DNA of 50,753 bases, the filler included, from Catajapyx aquilonaris (taxonomy: Eukaryota): assembly GCA_000934665.2 (NCBI GenBank). It is 3 parts of 3 records of this genome, joined end to end, with 100 filler letters (N's around TTAATTAATTAA, not from the genome) between each part and the next. Parts side by side here need not be neighbours in the genome. Positions count along the whole stretch, not along the records: positions 1 to 17,460 come from KZ539653.1; positions 17,561 to 34,104 come from JYFJ02007172.1; 1 more part is not named here. One strand, 5' to 3'. Below, piece by piece: positions 11,558 to 23,265 of the stretch. Position 1 is the stretch's first letter. Every line of letters starts with the position of its first letter. A program made the position numbers and the translations under genes. The notes below the pieces were generated by a model. That model had not been told where the DNA came from. It searched no databases and was given only the letters and a program-made list of their open reading frames with translations.

Positions 11558-14500
11558 CCTAATATAAAAACATGTTAGTTGCAAGACGCGTGCCGTAAAT
11601 GTAGTCACCTCAATTATCAATAAGATTGCTCCAAATGTGTTTCCGGTGACCTTGTTCATACTTTTGTCCTCAAATTATGCAGCAATGGAACAAAACAGTG
11701 CAAAGGCCTCGCGAGAATGCCTGATTCTAGCACTCTACATTGGTAATAATAATTAATATATACCGATTTTAAGGACATACTGAAAAGATAAGTCCCATAA
11801 AGTTAACTGAGACGAAATAGGTATTTATTATATTTACGTAGAGTGATAGAATCAGGCATTATCATTATGTGCAACATGAATATTTAACTCGACAAATTTG
11901 GAGTAATTTTATTCATAATTTAGGTGACTACATTTACGGTACGCGTCTCACAACTAACATGTTTTTATATTAGGCAATTGTCAAAAAGGGGTTCTCCCGA
12001 TTTTGCGGAAATCTCAAGTAAACATTACCCTGATCATTTTAAGTGCCATTCAAAAGAAATCGCAGGGGTCGAATATTGATCAATATCAAAATCAAAAATT
12101 GGCCGTCATCTTTGATTTAAAGTTTTTGATTCTTCCATTTTGAGTATGACCATCTCCTGTGGCATAAAAATACCTTCCGAATACACATATCAAATATAAG
12201 ATTTGACCTGACCTTCTCCTAGTTATGGTCCTCCAAATGAGGTGACTACACTTACGGGACGCGTTTGAAACCAAAAAAGTTATTATTGTCGGCAAATATC
12301 GAAAAAGGGTTGTTGAGATTTTTCGAAAATATGAAGTAAACATTGCCCTTGTCATTTTAAGTGCCATTCAAAAGAAATCGTAAGGGTCGATTCATGACCA
12401 ATATCAAAATCAATGTTTTGGGCGCCATATTTGATTTTCAATTTTTGGATTTTTCAATTTTGAGTATGGCCATCTCATAGAGCGTAAAATTACCCTTCGA
12501 ATACACATATAAAATGTTATATTTGACCTGACCTTCTGGGAGATATGGCCATCTTAGTGACAGCGAACGTATAAAAAATGGTCGAAAATTGGCTTCTTTG
12601 ACACCCTGTGGTTACGCAACCACGCAACGCAGAGGTATAATAATTTGGACTCCGGCACAGGTCGATTAGTAGTACATGTCACTAAATTTTAGTCAAGGTC
12701 CTCAAAGATTTGTCGGAAGGTGGCCCGCTTGACGTGGAATGCCTCATATAAATTTTTAAATTACACTACAAAGAGAAAGATATGCCATTTATGGATCAAG
12801 GTTCAAAAAAGTCACTTCTTGAAAACAACACCGGATAGATGTCCACCTTTGCAAGCAACACATATTCCTCCAAACACCGGACGAAACCCTTCATAACGCG
12901 CTCCAGCATGTCCAGAGAAATGTTTCTCACGGCGTGTCTTATCTGATCCTTAAGATCAGCCAATGACTGACGACGTGCGGGGAAACACCAAGGGGAACAC
13001 CAAACTCTTCAGGTACCCCCACAAGAAGAAGTCGGGGGGGGGGGGNGGGGGGTCAAATCCGGCGACCGCAACGGCCAAGGAATGTCCCCAAATCTCGAAA
13101 TGACCCTCCCATGAAACAACTTGACTTTTAATTTGTTCGGTGTTTGCCACACGTCGTCAGTCATTGGATGATCTTAAGGATCAGATAAGACACGCCGTGA
13201 GAAACATTTCCCTAGACATGCTGGAGTGCGTTATGAAGGGTTTCGTCCGGCGTTTGGAGGAATATGTGTTGCCCGCAAAGGTGGACATCTATCCGGTGTT
13301 GTTTTCAAGAAGTGACTTTTTTGGACCTTGATCCATAAATGGCATATTTTTCTCTGTGTAGTGTAATTGAAAAAAATATATAATCATTCGTTACTTACAC
13401 CATGCTGCGTCTTTAAACCAGCCCATGACTTTTGCCCCACCCTGTATGTTACTTCGCAGGTTATTAATTTTAATAATGAACCTGAGGGGCCACACAAATC
13501 TGAAGACAATATTACAATTAATTACAAAAAATCTACCACGGAATTTTAAAATGTTTATGGCTCGCGAACTTTTTCTGAAATTGCTACACTTTGGTGTTAT
13601 TTATAAATAAATAAAATGCGATGACATTGTCTATTTAGACCTCAATCTAATGTGCTCCGACAAAAAATTTCAATAGAATTAATGTGACATGGCTTTTAAA
13701 ATCCCTGCATTAAAAAATGCACAGAAAATTCAACATCTGCAAGCTGTGATAAACATTTTTAAATTTCTTGGTGGATTTTTTGTAATTAATTTTAATGCTG
13801 TCTTCAGGTTTGTGTGGCCCCTCAGGTTCATTATTAAAATTTATGTCCTGCTAAGTAATATATAAATGTAGTGGCATCAATTTTTACCACACCCCACGGA
13901 AATTCACCCTCCAAGTGTAATCATATTTGTCAGTTGTTAACTGTCAAATCAATTTCATTTTTGGTGTCCGCCTAACTACATTGTTACGGTTCATAATTAT
14001 CTATTCTAAAATCCAGATAATCTTAACGGTGATTTTTTATCACATTTGGTTTATTACCCCACCACTCCATTTTTTGGGGGTGGGCGAACAACACTGGTGT
14101 TGGGCATGTACATAATTCCATAGCATCTTAGTAATAATCTCATAGATTCATGAATCCAGCCTCTGCACAGTGATTCAGATCCAGGTAAAACATGGTCAAA
14201 ATGTATTTTTCGTAATATGTGATTTTGAGCCAAAATCGAGTTATTCACATTCACAAAATAATGTCCAGTCCATCACATAGAACACAATTGATCACTCAAT
14301 CTTGCGGCAAATGTCTGCAGCGCTAAGTGAGAGTTGGGACTACTCGCGCAGCTTACGAACTCTGCGAGAAGCCATGTATACCTACTATTTTTTGCGTTCT
14401 CAAAAGACAGGAATATTTTCAGTGAAAGAAATTAAATTTTTTTCCTACGTCAGCTGTTATCCTTACGTTTACTTTAAACACATATATGTCAGGTTAAAGT

Positions 14501-14928
14501 CAAGTGTAGTGCTTTAAAAATGTGTTCGTGATGTCGTGTGATAGTCAAAAACACGTGCGCATTTTTTCGTATTTGTCGACCTGCAAGATGCTCGCCGCCT
14601 CTCTCCGTGTTTTGTTTGTGTGCACCTGCACCGTGGTGAGTCACTCTATTGGGTCCACAAAAAAAACCTTGCGCCCATGTGCGCTCCTTCTAAAAATATA
14701 TCTTTTTATGTGATCCTGCGTGACTAATTTGGTGACAGGCAGGCCTTACTGGTAGTGAGAAGCGAACTGTGGACATAATCGCACGGGCACTTTTCTGTGC
14801 AACGAGTTCTATTTAGGCGAATCCTTCAGTGCAGTGAGTGGTGTGAGTATTTGAATGCCTCTAATTTTAGCTAGTGTCATCAGTAGCACAGCGTAGCTTA
14901 TGTTTTATATGTTCAGGTCCAGGCCAGG

Positions 14929-15420
14929 ATGGTAATTAAGATATCACGAAAGGACCTGTTTGGCATTCTTCATGAACAAGCAGGGGCAGGTCGTGCACAG
15001 AAGCAAACATACCTGGAGAATTATTTGATCAGGAAACTGTACCTTGAAGAGTCTGATCAGAGGAACAATGAGATACACATTTTTGTGTCAAGAATTCTGC
15101 AGCAAGATCTTCTATAGATGGAATGGTGCACAGAGGCATTATGACAAGTTTATGGTGGCAAATGCTGAGAGGCTCAGCAAAGAAGAATAATTCAAATGTG
15201 CGACTGCACCTGCCTCCACGGATGCTGGGCCCTCAATGTCAAACACATGTCAGGCAGGATGGCCGAAGAAAATCTTCCAGGACAGCAGTGAGAGAAGTAA
15301 GAGAAGAAAAACAGAAGATCTTAGAAAATCTACTAGTGCAGAAGAATTGTCCTTTGCAGCCCAAATGAAGCAGGGAGAGGAAGGCAACGAGGCTGCTGCC
15401 AAATTAATGAGTGAAACATT
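14929..15420 (+). pseudogene. Transib transposase N-terminal remnant
   Basis: GWPKKIFQDSSERSKRRKTEDLR..ELSFAAQM..GNEAAAKLMSE fits the Transib GRP-x-K-x-F..SERSKRRK motif; frameshifted, catalytic core absent. Confidence 0.8.
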
Positions 15421-15559
15421 TAACTATAGATATAACTTATATGGATTTGCGAGGTATTCCACAGCTCCCACCTGATAAGGTACATTTACTATTTGCTTCT
15501 ATGCCTATTCATGCTGTGCATCAAATGTATACTTTTTTTTCTTTAGTAGTAGCATATTT

Positions 15560-15659
15560 GAAGTTTTGCGATATTGTACTGTAAATTTCTAGTGATTAAG
15601 TGGATTGTAAGTGGATGGGAGGTCTTCCCCGTAAGCTCTCGGGCGCAGGGGAATAATAA

Positions 15660-15710
<51 letters not shown>
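15560..15710 (+). mobile_element. Retroposon (LINE-like) 3' tail inside the Transib element
   Basis: Stem-loop, then AATAAA and (ATT)n; no tRNA head seen; 5' boundary approximate. Confidence 0.5.
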
Positions 15711-15711
<1 letters not shown>

Positions 15712-16525
15712 GGATTTATATTTAGCAACCTAATAAACCTAGGACAACACTTGATAAGAAATCAGAGAAGTTTTCGATTTTATATCCGCCATCTTGGACC
15801 AGTCATTTTGAATTTCATACACCTGACTTCAGATTCGGATTCAGCAACCTTGCAAACCCCAATTTCCCAATTTTCATGTAAATACAACAACCTTGGACAT
15901 TTTGACCACGTTTTACATCGATCTGAATCACTGTGCTCTGGTTTGCAATGGTTGAGGTGGGACTGTTTTTTCTAGCTACTCCCTCACCCACCCAATTCTT
16001 CATAAATGACCTCTAGCTGTTCCCAAATGTGAAGGTACACCTTTGGGGATTGCTTCATGGGAGTGACCATGAGGTCAAGCTACCTCTGGAGATCTTGGGA
16101 GGGTTGGGACTGTTACTACTACATCTCTGGTTTGGACAAGTTGGCCCAAAGATGGGCCAAATATTTTGACATTATCAGAGACTGCATTCTGCTCCAGGTT
16201 GTGAACTCAGATAATGCCCCTCACATACATTTATATTTGGGCATCACATTTATTATTAGAGTAAGAAATGCGCCCTACTCATGAGCAGTAATTTTGAAGC
16301 GTTCCCAAAATTGTCTGCTTATGTTCTGATACCTAGACCAATCGAAATAGCTCATGTTTTGTGTGGTTTTCAAATGCTGCCTGTGTCATAAAAGGGAAAA
16401 ACCACCCATAATTACAAGTGCCGGAAAAAAAAATCACAAGATACTATTACAGTTGCAGATGCTAACCTGTTCCAGCTGCGGACTGTTTAAACTTAAAGTA
16501 TTCAGTAAGTTTGCTGAGTTATCAC

Positions 16526-16699
16526 CTTGAGTTTCTGTACCAGCTTCTTGTCTATATACCCTGACTCAAGAGTGGCCATGTAAGCATCAAGCTCATCTTC
16601 ATCATTATCTTCATCAGGTGGCTGCTCCTTCTCAGTGAGATCATGGAGAAAGTCTTCAGTTTTGCGCAGTTCATCCACTACTTCTTTGTGCTTCTTTTT
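16526..16699 (-). CDS. SLC4A1AP: Kanadaptin internal exon (KKKHKEVVDE...DEDELDAYMATLESGYIDKKLVQKLK)
   Basis: ttacag acceptor and AAG|GTGATA donor, 58 codons, phase 0/0. 'DELDAYM' corresponds to kanadaptin 'DSLDAFM'; splices in frame to the 7860 exon. Confidence 0.88.
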
Positions 16700-17460
16700 C
16701 TGTAATTCGCAGAAGTTATTTTCATATTAGTACATTTTTCATGTAACTTAATATTTACTGGTCCATATTTATCCAAGTGATTGGACTATTGACATAAGGG
16801 GAGTAATGACTTGACCACACTTGCACTCATTTGCTGTCCTACTTTCAAGTAATCCTTTCACCTCCATATCAACCTAAATATGCACATATGATTTCCTTGC
16901 TCCAAAAGTAAATGCTGTTTTTCTGTGACCTTTTTACTGCACGGTCATTTTTTTTAAACACAATTTTTAAAGTACAGAAACTGGGGAAAAAAGTCTGAAA
17001 ATTTATTTGGGGCTCACTACTTTTCACCATTTATGAAACAAAAATTCTGAAAAGCTCAAAAGAATGTCAACTTTTATTTCTCAATAATCCTATCCATAAG
17101 AAAACTGCAGGACAAAACATTAATTTCTTGGGCTGCTAACATTTTTGGTGCAAATCATGCTTGATAGTGTCTATGAGAAAAATTAAAACCATGTTTTTTG
17201 CCATGTTCCAGTTTTTAGAAATAAATGTATAAAAATTTTCAAAGGTCATCAATTTTAATTTTAGAGATCTGAAATTACTCACTAAACACCACTGAATTAC
17301 ACTCTCTATTAACCAAAGCTATCCGTATAACCAATTGATTTAACCAAAAAACAGGCAAGGTGAAGTGGGGGAAGTGCACACACCGGGTAAGTGCATATAT
17401 TGTGCCGCCATATTGGAATGAAAATGGCTGACGACACCAAAACGCATCAGCTATGTAGCT

Positions 17461-17560
17461 NNNNNNNNNNNNNNNNNNNNNNNNNNNNNNNNNNNNNNNN
17501 NNNNTTAATTAATTAANNNNNNNNNNNNNNNNNNNNNNNNNNNNNNNNNNNNNNNNNNNN
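17461..17560. other. Artificial linker (44N-TTAATTAATTAA-44N)
   Basis: Exactly 100 nt with stops in all six frames; identical to 34105-34204. Confidence 0.95.
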
Positions 17561-17746
17561 TGCTGCCTAATTTATTTTTTCCTGTCGTGCTATTTGCTCA
17601 AAAAATTTAAACTAAACGTAATTCATCACAGAAATAGTCAAACGAAAATGTTCTCAAAGATGAATCTCGAATGTCCTAAATTTGCCAAGTTATAGCAAAA
17701 AAAGGGTCGTTGGTCACAAAAAGTGCCCACGTCACCGTCCGAGGGA

Positions 17747-18753
17747 TAATGACTGAATTCATCCGTTTTCAAACCCGGTTAGCAGTGGTTCCCAACCGAT
17801 AAAATTTATTTCGAAAATTATTTTGATAGGAGAGTCATCATCCACTATAAATTCTTATAAGCTAACTAAAGACATCAAAAATTGTATTTACTTGTACAGC
17901 TTTAATACCCGATACAATGAAATAATCTTGGTTCTTGGCGTTTTCATGCGTTATAATTACCCGCGGTCTGGGACAAACATCTGCTTGTATTCACATCATT
18001 TTCACATCTTGAGCGATATGCGATAAGTAATCATGTTCACTTATAGTCCTGGCCGAATTTAGGAAGCATTTATATTTGATTTTTTTTTGTTAATGTATGT
18101 TTCCTATCGTCAGTCTCTAATTTTTTGTCGTAAAAAGAAGGCGGGAAAGTGTCATATTTTGACTAATTGCCGACGTTACCTACACCGCAAAGTGAATTGT
18201 TAATGACACTTTCAGGAGGACAAAAAAAAATGCGCCTGTGAACCCTGGATAGTGCACACCTCTGTCTATTTAACGATATATTTGAAACATTGAGATCGCC
18301 ATTTCTGTAATCATAATTAAGTTAACCCTTAACTGGCATCCTCATTTAGCCATGCTTAACTGGAAAGGACCCCACGTCGTTTTTTCGATTGCAAACATAT
18401 ACATTAACAAAAAAAAATCAAAATATAAATGCTTCCTAAATTCGGCCAGGACTATAAGTGAACATGATTACTTATCGCATATCGCTCAAGATGTGAAAAT
18501 GATGTGAATACAAGCAGATGTTTGTCCCAGACCGCGGGTAATTATAACGCATGAAAACGCCAAGAACCAAGATTATTTCATTGTATCGGGTATTAAAGCT
18601 GTACAAGTAAATACAATTTTTGATGTCTTTAGTTAGCTTATATAAGAATTTATAGTGGATGATGACTCTCCTGTCAAAATAATTTTCGAAATAAATTTTA
18701 TCGGTTGGGAACCACTGCTAACCGGGTTTGGAAACGGATGAATTCAGTCATTA
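17747..18753. repeat. ~350-bp near-identical inverted repeat (17747-18100 / 18395-18753)
   Basis: Direct reverse-complement match; the spacer contains a TTAA|CCCT piggyBac-like end. Confidence 0.85.
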
Positions 18754-18759
18754 TACATC

Positions 18760-18848
18760 GTATGGGGAAAATTGATTCGGACTTCGAACAATTCAGAGAG
18801 CGAATGTCCTCGTGGAACGAATTATGTTCGAAGTACGAGGCACCACTG
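18760..18848. mobile_element. Tigger/pogo terminal fragment
   Basis: Ends ...cgaggcaccactg|TA, a pogo/Tigger-type terminus. Confidence 0.5.
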
Positions 18849-19329
18849 TATGTTATGATTTACTGAAAGTAGCTGTTTATAATCCGAATTACTTCGCGAA
18901 TGTATCGACGGCAAGCCAGAAATGGCCATTGAATCTCGTACAAAAATATTCGAACGTCGGACCCCTGCTCAACGAAAGTTGTTGACCTCTGAGGGTTTTG
19001 TAAATGTCATAATTGAGTTCCTCGTCCCTGAAAACCTAGGAAAGGACACCTGTACGACCATCGCAGGCCAACACATACGCCGCAAACACGCAATTTTCAC
19101 TTACCCCCTTATTAAAAGTTTGCGTAGGTAAAATATATGTACAAATATGGCCCGAAACTTTGGGTTTGAAAGCACTCTGCAAGGTTCCTGGAATGCGGAG
19201 AAGAAAATACAGCTATAAAATCCCTTTCGGGTCCGATAAATGAGCCGCCGCCCCGAACCATACCACCCGGTACCGTTATTGTGCCGTACCCCTTGTAGCG
19301 AGGGTATACCCGCGGGAAGTTTGAAATCG

Positions 19330-19735
19330 TTACTTGTGGTTGAGTTCCTTACTTGTGTGTGTAGTCCAACTAAAAGTGTAGTCGCTACTTGTGTGTGTAG
19401 GCGTTACTTGTGTGTGTAGGCGTTACTTGTGTGTGTAGTCCTTACTTGAGTGTGTAGTCCTTACTTGTGTGTGTAGTTCGTGCGTGTTTGTGTAGTGTTG
19501 TAAGTGTGTGTGACGTGACCCTTCTGGGCCACCGTAGTTAAATGACTAATGACGTGGAGGGGGCGAGCGTGTTGATATTTTCAGTGCTGGAATATTAATT
19601 TTCTCTGCTTGATGTGGGCAGGGGGTAGGGGTGCGATGTACTAACCCAACCTAACCTAACCTAACCTTCACTCGTTGCGTATACAGCCCTATTCTTAGCG
19701 TATACAGCCCTATCGTCAGCGTATACAGCCCTACG
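19330..19735 (+). repeat. Minisatellite cluster: ~19-bp ttacttgtgtgtgtag.. array, (CCTAA)n at 19641-19666, 3 x 21-bp gcgtatacagcccta..
   Basis: Seen directly. Confidence 0.85.
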
Positions 19736-20204
19736 TACGGATGTTACTACAACCGTATATGATAGCAGGATAGCAGATAGCGGAATCGCAGTAGCTGCTA
19801 CGGAGTAGCAGTTATCCGATGGAGTGATCGGATCGGCGAAACGGAACTGCGCATGCGCTGCGCTTCCCGGCTCTCCCGCACGATGGCGCGCAGGCGAGGT
19901 CATGGTGGCTGTCTGGAGACGTTTTTCACCGGAGAGAGCTACAGACGCGGTGAAAAGCGACCGCGACCGGGCAGCCGGGACGAGCGACTCGCGACCGGAA
20001 GCAGGTGTCGTGGCTTTGGAACATCGCCTTTTGGCTCTATTTTCACCCTGCTAACGTGGAAATTAGCAGCGGAGGTGATGTTTTCTCAGCACTATAGGCC
20101 AAGCAGATTTAGAAAATCCAAAAAATTTCAAAATTCAGGAGGGTAAGAAGAGTCACTTTGGTTGTCAGTCTGCTGAGCAGGTAGGCTTGTAGTCCAGCGT
20201 CTAA

Positions 20205-21043
20205 CCCTGTAAAGCCCAGTGTGCCATATATGGCACATGATATTACGGAATTTTTGGGGTATTTGTAATTGTTCTACGGAACCGCTCCGAATACGTGTCG
20301 CTAGCGTGCACCTTTCTGCTGCCATCTGTGAAGGAAAAGTTGGACCATGTGCAATAGGAAGCACTGTCAGTCTGCTTTCGTCCGCCAAGGTGTGAGGTTC
20401 CACGAGTCTGGCGTTGCAGAGGTAAGGAATCCGTCATTATCCACCCTCTGTGTTTCACATCTTTGAAATGTAATGCTGTTACTAGACAGTTGAATAGTTT
20501 CTGCATGCATGGGTCACATTTTTGTGACCAAACATTAGCCGAAAGATTGCAAAAAAAATTGTCAAAAAGAATGGGCCATATATGGCACACTGGGCATTAA
20601 AGGGACACTCCACTCAAAATACAAGTTGGGTTCTTAATATCGGGCAAAAAATCCTGATTCCGAGGGTATAAGCAGTTTTTCTTAGAGACGAACGGTAAGG
20701 CCAGTGTGAAAGCTGGAAGTGTGTCGTTCGAAAACTGCGCGCGGGGCGGTGGGCGCAGGTGGCGACGCCACCAGAGTGGAACCGGGCGGAACTAGACCAG
20801 GCACTCTATGGGCACGCCTGGCGCGGCAGGTGTTTACTGTGCGCGTTATACTTCTCCAGTTTGCCGCGGGATGGTGTTGAATCGCCCTTCTTAGCAGACG
20901 ACGCTGGACGACGTGTGTAGATATATGATTTTCCGTGTTACCGTTGGGCGTAGAAAAAAATCGATTGCACATTCGGAATCAGGATTATTTGCCCGATTTT
21001 TGGGGGCCAACTTGTATTTTGAGTGGAGTGTCCCTTTAAGGGG
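20205..21043. mobile_element. piggyBac-type MITE whose right TIR is interrupted by the 20601-21035 element
   Basis: CCCTGTAAAGCCCAGTGTGCCATATATGGC is inverted at 20574-20600, with the final GGGG at 21040-21043. Confidence 0.6.
20601..21035. mobile_element. Kolobok-like MITE
   Basis: TTAA|AGGGACACTCCACTCAAAATACAAGTTGG perfect ~29-bp TIR, TTAA TSD, purine-purine termini. Confidence 0.75.
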
Positions 21044-21175
21044 TGCTAGACGCCTAGACCCCACTTGCGAGAAATACTTTTCTCAATTAGAGCAGTCGCT
21101 ACTAATGTAGTATTGCATTCCAAATGCTAAGACCAATGCTTGCTTTGCATAGTTAGAATTGTTGTGGCATTTCAG

Positions 21176-23050
21176 ATGGCTGAGCCACAGCGAAGAGTAG
21201 GCATATTGCCCACAGGATATTGCCGACATGCTGGACGGTGACTTGAGCGAGCTGGAAGGAATCTCTTCGGATGACGAGTCAGAGACTGATGAAGCTTCAG
21301 CCTGTGCTGCATCAGTCCAGCCACGCCTTGAAGCAGGCCGTGACGGAGACGATGGAGATAATGGTGCTCACGCAGGCCATGACGGAGGTGATGGTGAGAC
21401 TGACTATGATGACGAAGGCAATGTGCCACTGGCAATCCTTGCCGCTCAGTGGAGGGTAGCCAAGCCAGTCGGCTTTGAGTGGGGAAAGGGTGAATTTGTC
21501 CCACCAGATGTCTCCTTCCTTGGAGCAGAAGATCAGCCTCCAGTGGAGATTCAGACACCTTATGAATATTTCAAGCAGTATGTTACCTCGTGCATGCTGC
21601 AACTTGTTGTAGCTGAGACGAATTTGTACAGCACACAGAAGAGTGAAGGAGCAGCCAGCATAAACATGACGCAGCCACGCAGGAAGAGATGGACTGTGTT
21701 TTGGAAGTGTACTTTCGGATGGGCCTGTTACACATGCCGAGGGTAAGGAGCTATTGGGAGAGGGATATGGGGTGTGTGTATGTTTATGATGTAATGACGC
21801 GCAACAGGTTTCAAAAACTACTTACGGTAATGCATTTTACTGATAGCTCATCTATCACAGAAGAAGCCAAGAAGGATCGTTTATGGAAGATAAGGCCGTG
21901 GCTGAACATGGTCCGTCAGCAGTGCTTGGTGCCAGCCCCTGAACAGCATCAATCAGTCGATGAAATAATAGTCCCCTTCAAGGGACATAATCATCTCAAG
22001 CAGTTCATGTCAGGCAAGCCCCACCGCTAGGGGTTCAAAATGTGGGGAAGGGCTGGGCATTCAGGGATACTCCATGATTTTGATGTGTATCAAGGAAAAG
22101 GCACTAATGCAGGGGTAAATACCCAACTTGGGGTAGGCTGTAATGTTGTCTGCAGATGACGGCTGCCCTGAAGTCAAACATGAATCACATAATGTTCGCT
22201 GATAATTTTTTTACATGTGATAGTGTTGTGGCTAAGTTACTAGACAGGGGAATCTTTTTTGCAGGGACAGTTAGGTCCAACAGATTGAAAGCAGCCAGCT
22301 GATGTCGGAAAAGGACTTGAAAAAAGCAGGACAAGGGGCTATGGACTTCGATGTTCAAAAGGGTGGCAGGCCTACTGCACTGCGGTGGTATGATAATAAA
22401 GCAGTAACAATGGTCTCTTCCTAGGTGTGCGTAGAACCTAAGGATTTGGCAAAGAGGTGGGACAGAAAGGAGAAAAAGTACATAGACGTGCCTCGGCCTG
22501 CTGTGATTGCCGAACAACAAGTATATGGGGTAGAATAGACCTGCTGGATGCGTTGACATCACTGTACAAATACAGTTTTCGCTCAAGAAGATGGTATTTG
22601 TATATATTCTGGCATACCATCACCATCTGCCTAGTGAATGCATGGCTATTATATCGACGCGACTGTGCACAAGTGGGGGCAAAAGAAGATTTTTGGGGTT
22701 GCGACAATTCCAGTGGGAATTGTCGTGTCCTTTGGTCGTGGCAAGGTAAGAAGAAGAGGGGCAGTCTGTCAAGGGGGAAAAGGAACATTGTAAAGGAAAA
22801 GAAACAAAGAGTACTTGGAGGGCCTTGTGCCGATGTGCGAAGGAATGGAATTGGCCACAGACCAATTTGGGGGGCAGAACGTAAGAGGTGCAGGTTGTGT
22901 TTGGAGGATAAATCATTCATATTATGTGAAAAGTGTTGTGTTACTTTATGCCTAAACAAAGAGAGGAACTGTTTCAATTCATATTGTGACCTTGCAAGTT
23001 TTGTCGTCATAAATGCAAGTCAAAATCGATACAATCTTGTAACACCTTGA
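21176..23050 (+). pseudogene. piggyBac transposase pseudogene (PGBD2/PGBD3-like)
   Basis: Ordered motifs TPYEYF, ETNLYS, RVRSYW, MTRNRF, DRLWKIRP, SVDE..PFKG, KPHR*GFKMW, DNFFT, GTVRSNR, WYDNKAV, DLLD, RRWY and a C-terminal CxxC..CEKC..LC..RNCF domain. Several frameshifts and stops. Confidence 0.92.
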
Positions 23051-23265
23051 TCCAACCGATGTCTCCCAGCATGCATTGGGACACCACCCACTATATAACC
23101 AAGAGCCCTGTTTTGCTCGAGGCCTGTTGGTCTCCCTTCGTGGGGGCCACTGGCCATACCCTACCCTTCCTCTGCTATCCCTTTATACCCATCTCGTTGT
23201 AGTTGAACGACCAGATTAAAAGAGGATGAAATGTGGAACCTTTGCTCTCATACAAGTAACTATGT

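Larger units (their letters stand above)
10060..12745. mobile_element. Sola-like element with ~800-bp TIRs
   Basis: GAGGCATTCC...GGAATGCCTC termini and 4-bp TSD ATAT. Arms 10060-10829 and ~11975-12745, each with a ~320-bp internal direct repeat. Confidence 0.75.
9989..13444. mobile_element. Mariner (DD41D/rosa-like) derivative built from two right ends
   Basis: TA|CAGGGTGGGGCAAA TIRs. Transposase C-terminal remnants on both strands: RVISRFGDIPWPLRSPDLT..DFFLWGYLKS on minus, SLDDLKDQIRHAVRNISLDML on both. Confidence 0.85.
9690..14155. mobile_element. Old fold-back element (outermost layer of the nest), boundaries approximate
   Basis: 9690-9988 plus 13447-13570 is the reverse complement of ~13740-14155 once the inserts are removed. 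Confidence 0.6.
14166..15935 (+). mobile_element. Transib transposon, internal-deletion derivative
   Basis: CACAGTGATTCAGATC TIRs (~40 bp) and a perfect 5-bp TSD CTCTG at 14161-14165 and 15936-15940. Confidence 0.9.

Noticed and set aside
10438..12367. Duplicated ORF MALKMTRAMFTS on both strands
   Set aside because: It simply reflects the two TIR arms of the Sola-like element; no protein motif.
19330..19480. CRISPR-like array
   Set aside because: Head-to-tail repeats with no unique spacers, no cas genes, eukaryotic context.
19641..19666. True telomere
   Set aside because: Only about five units, internal to the segment.
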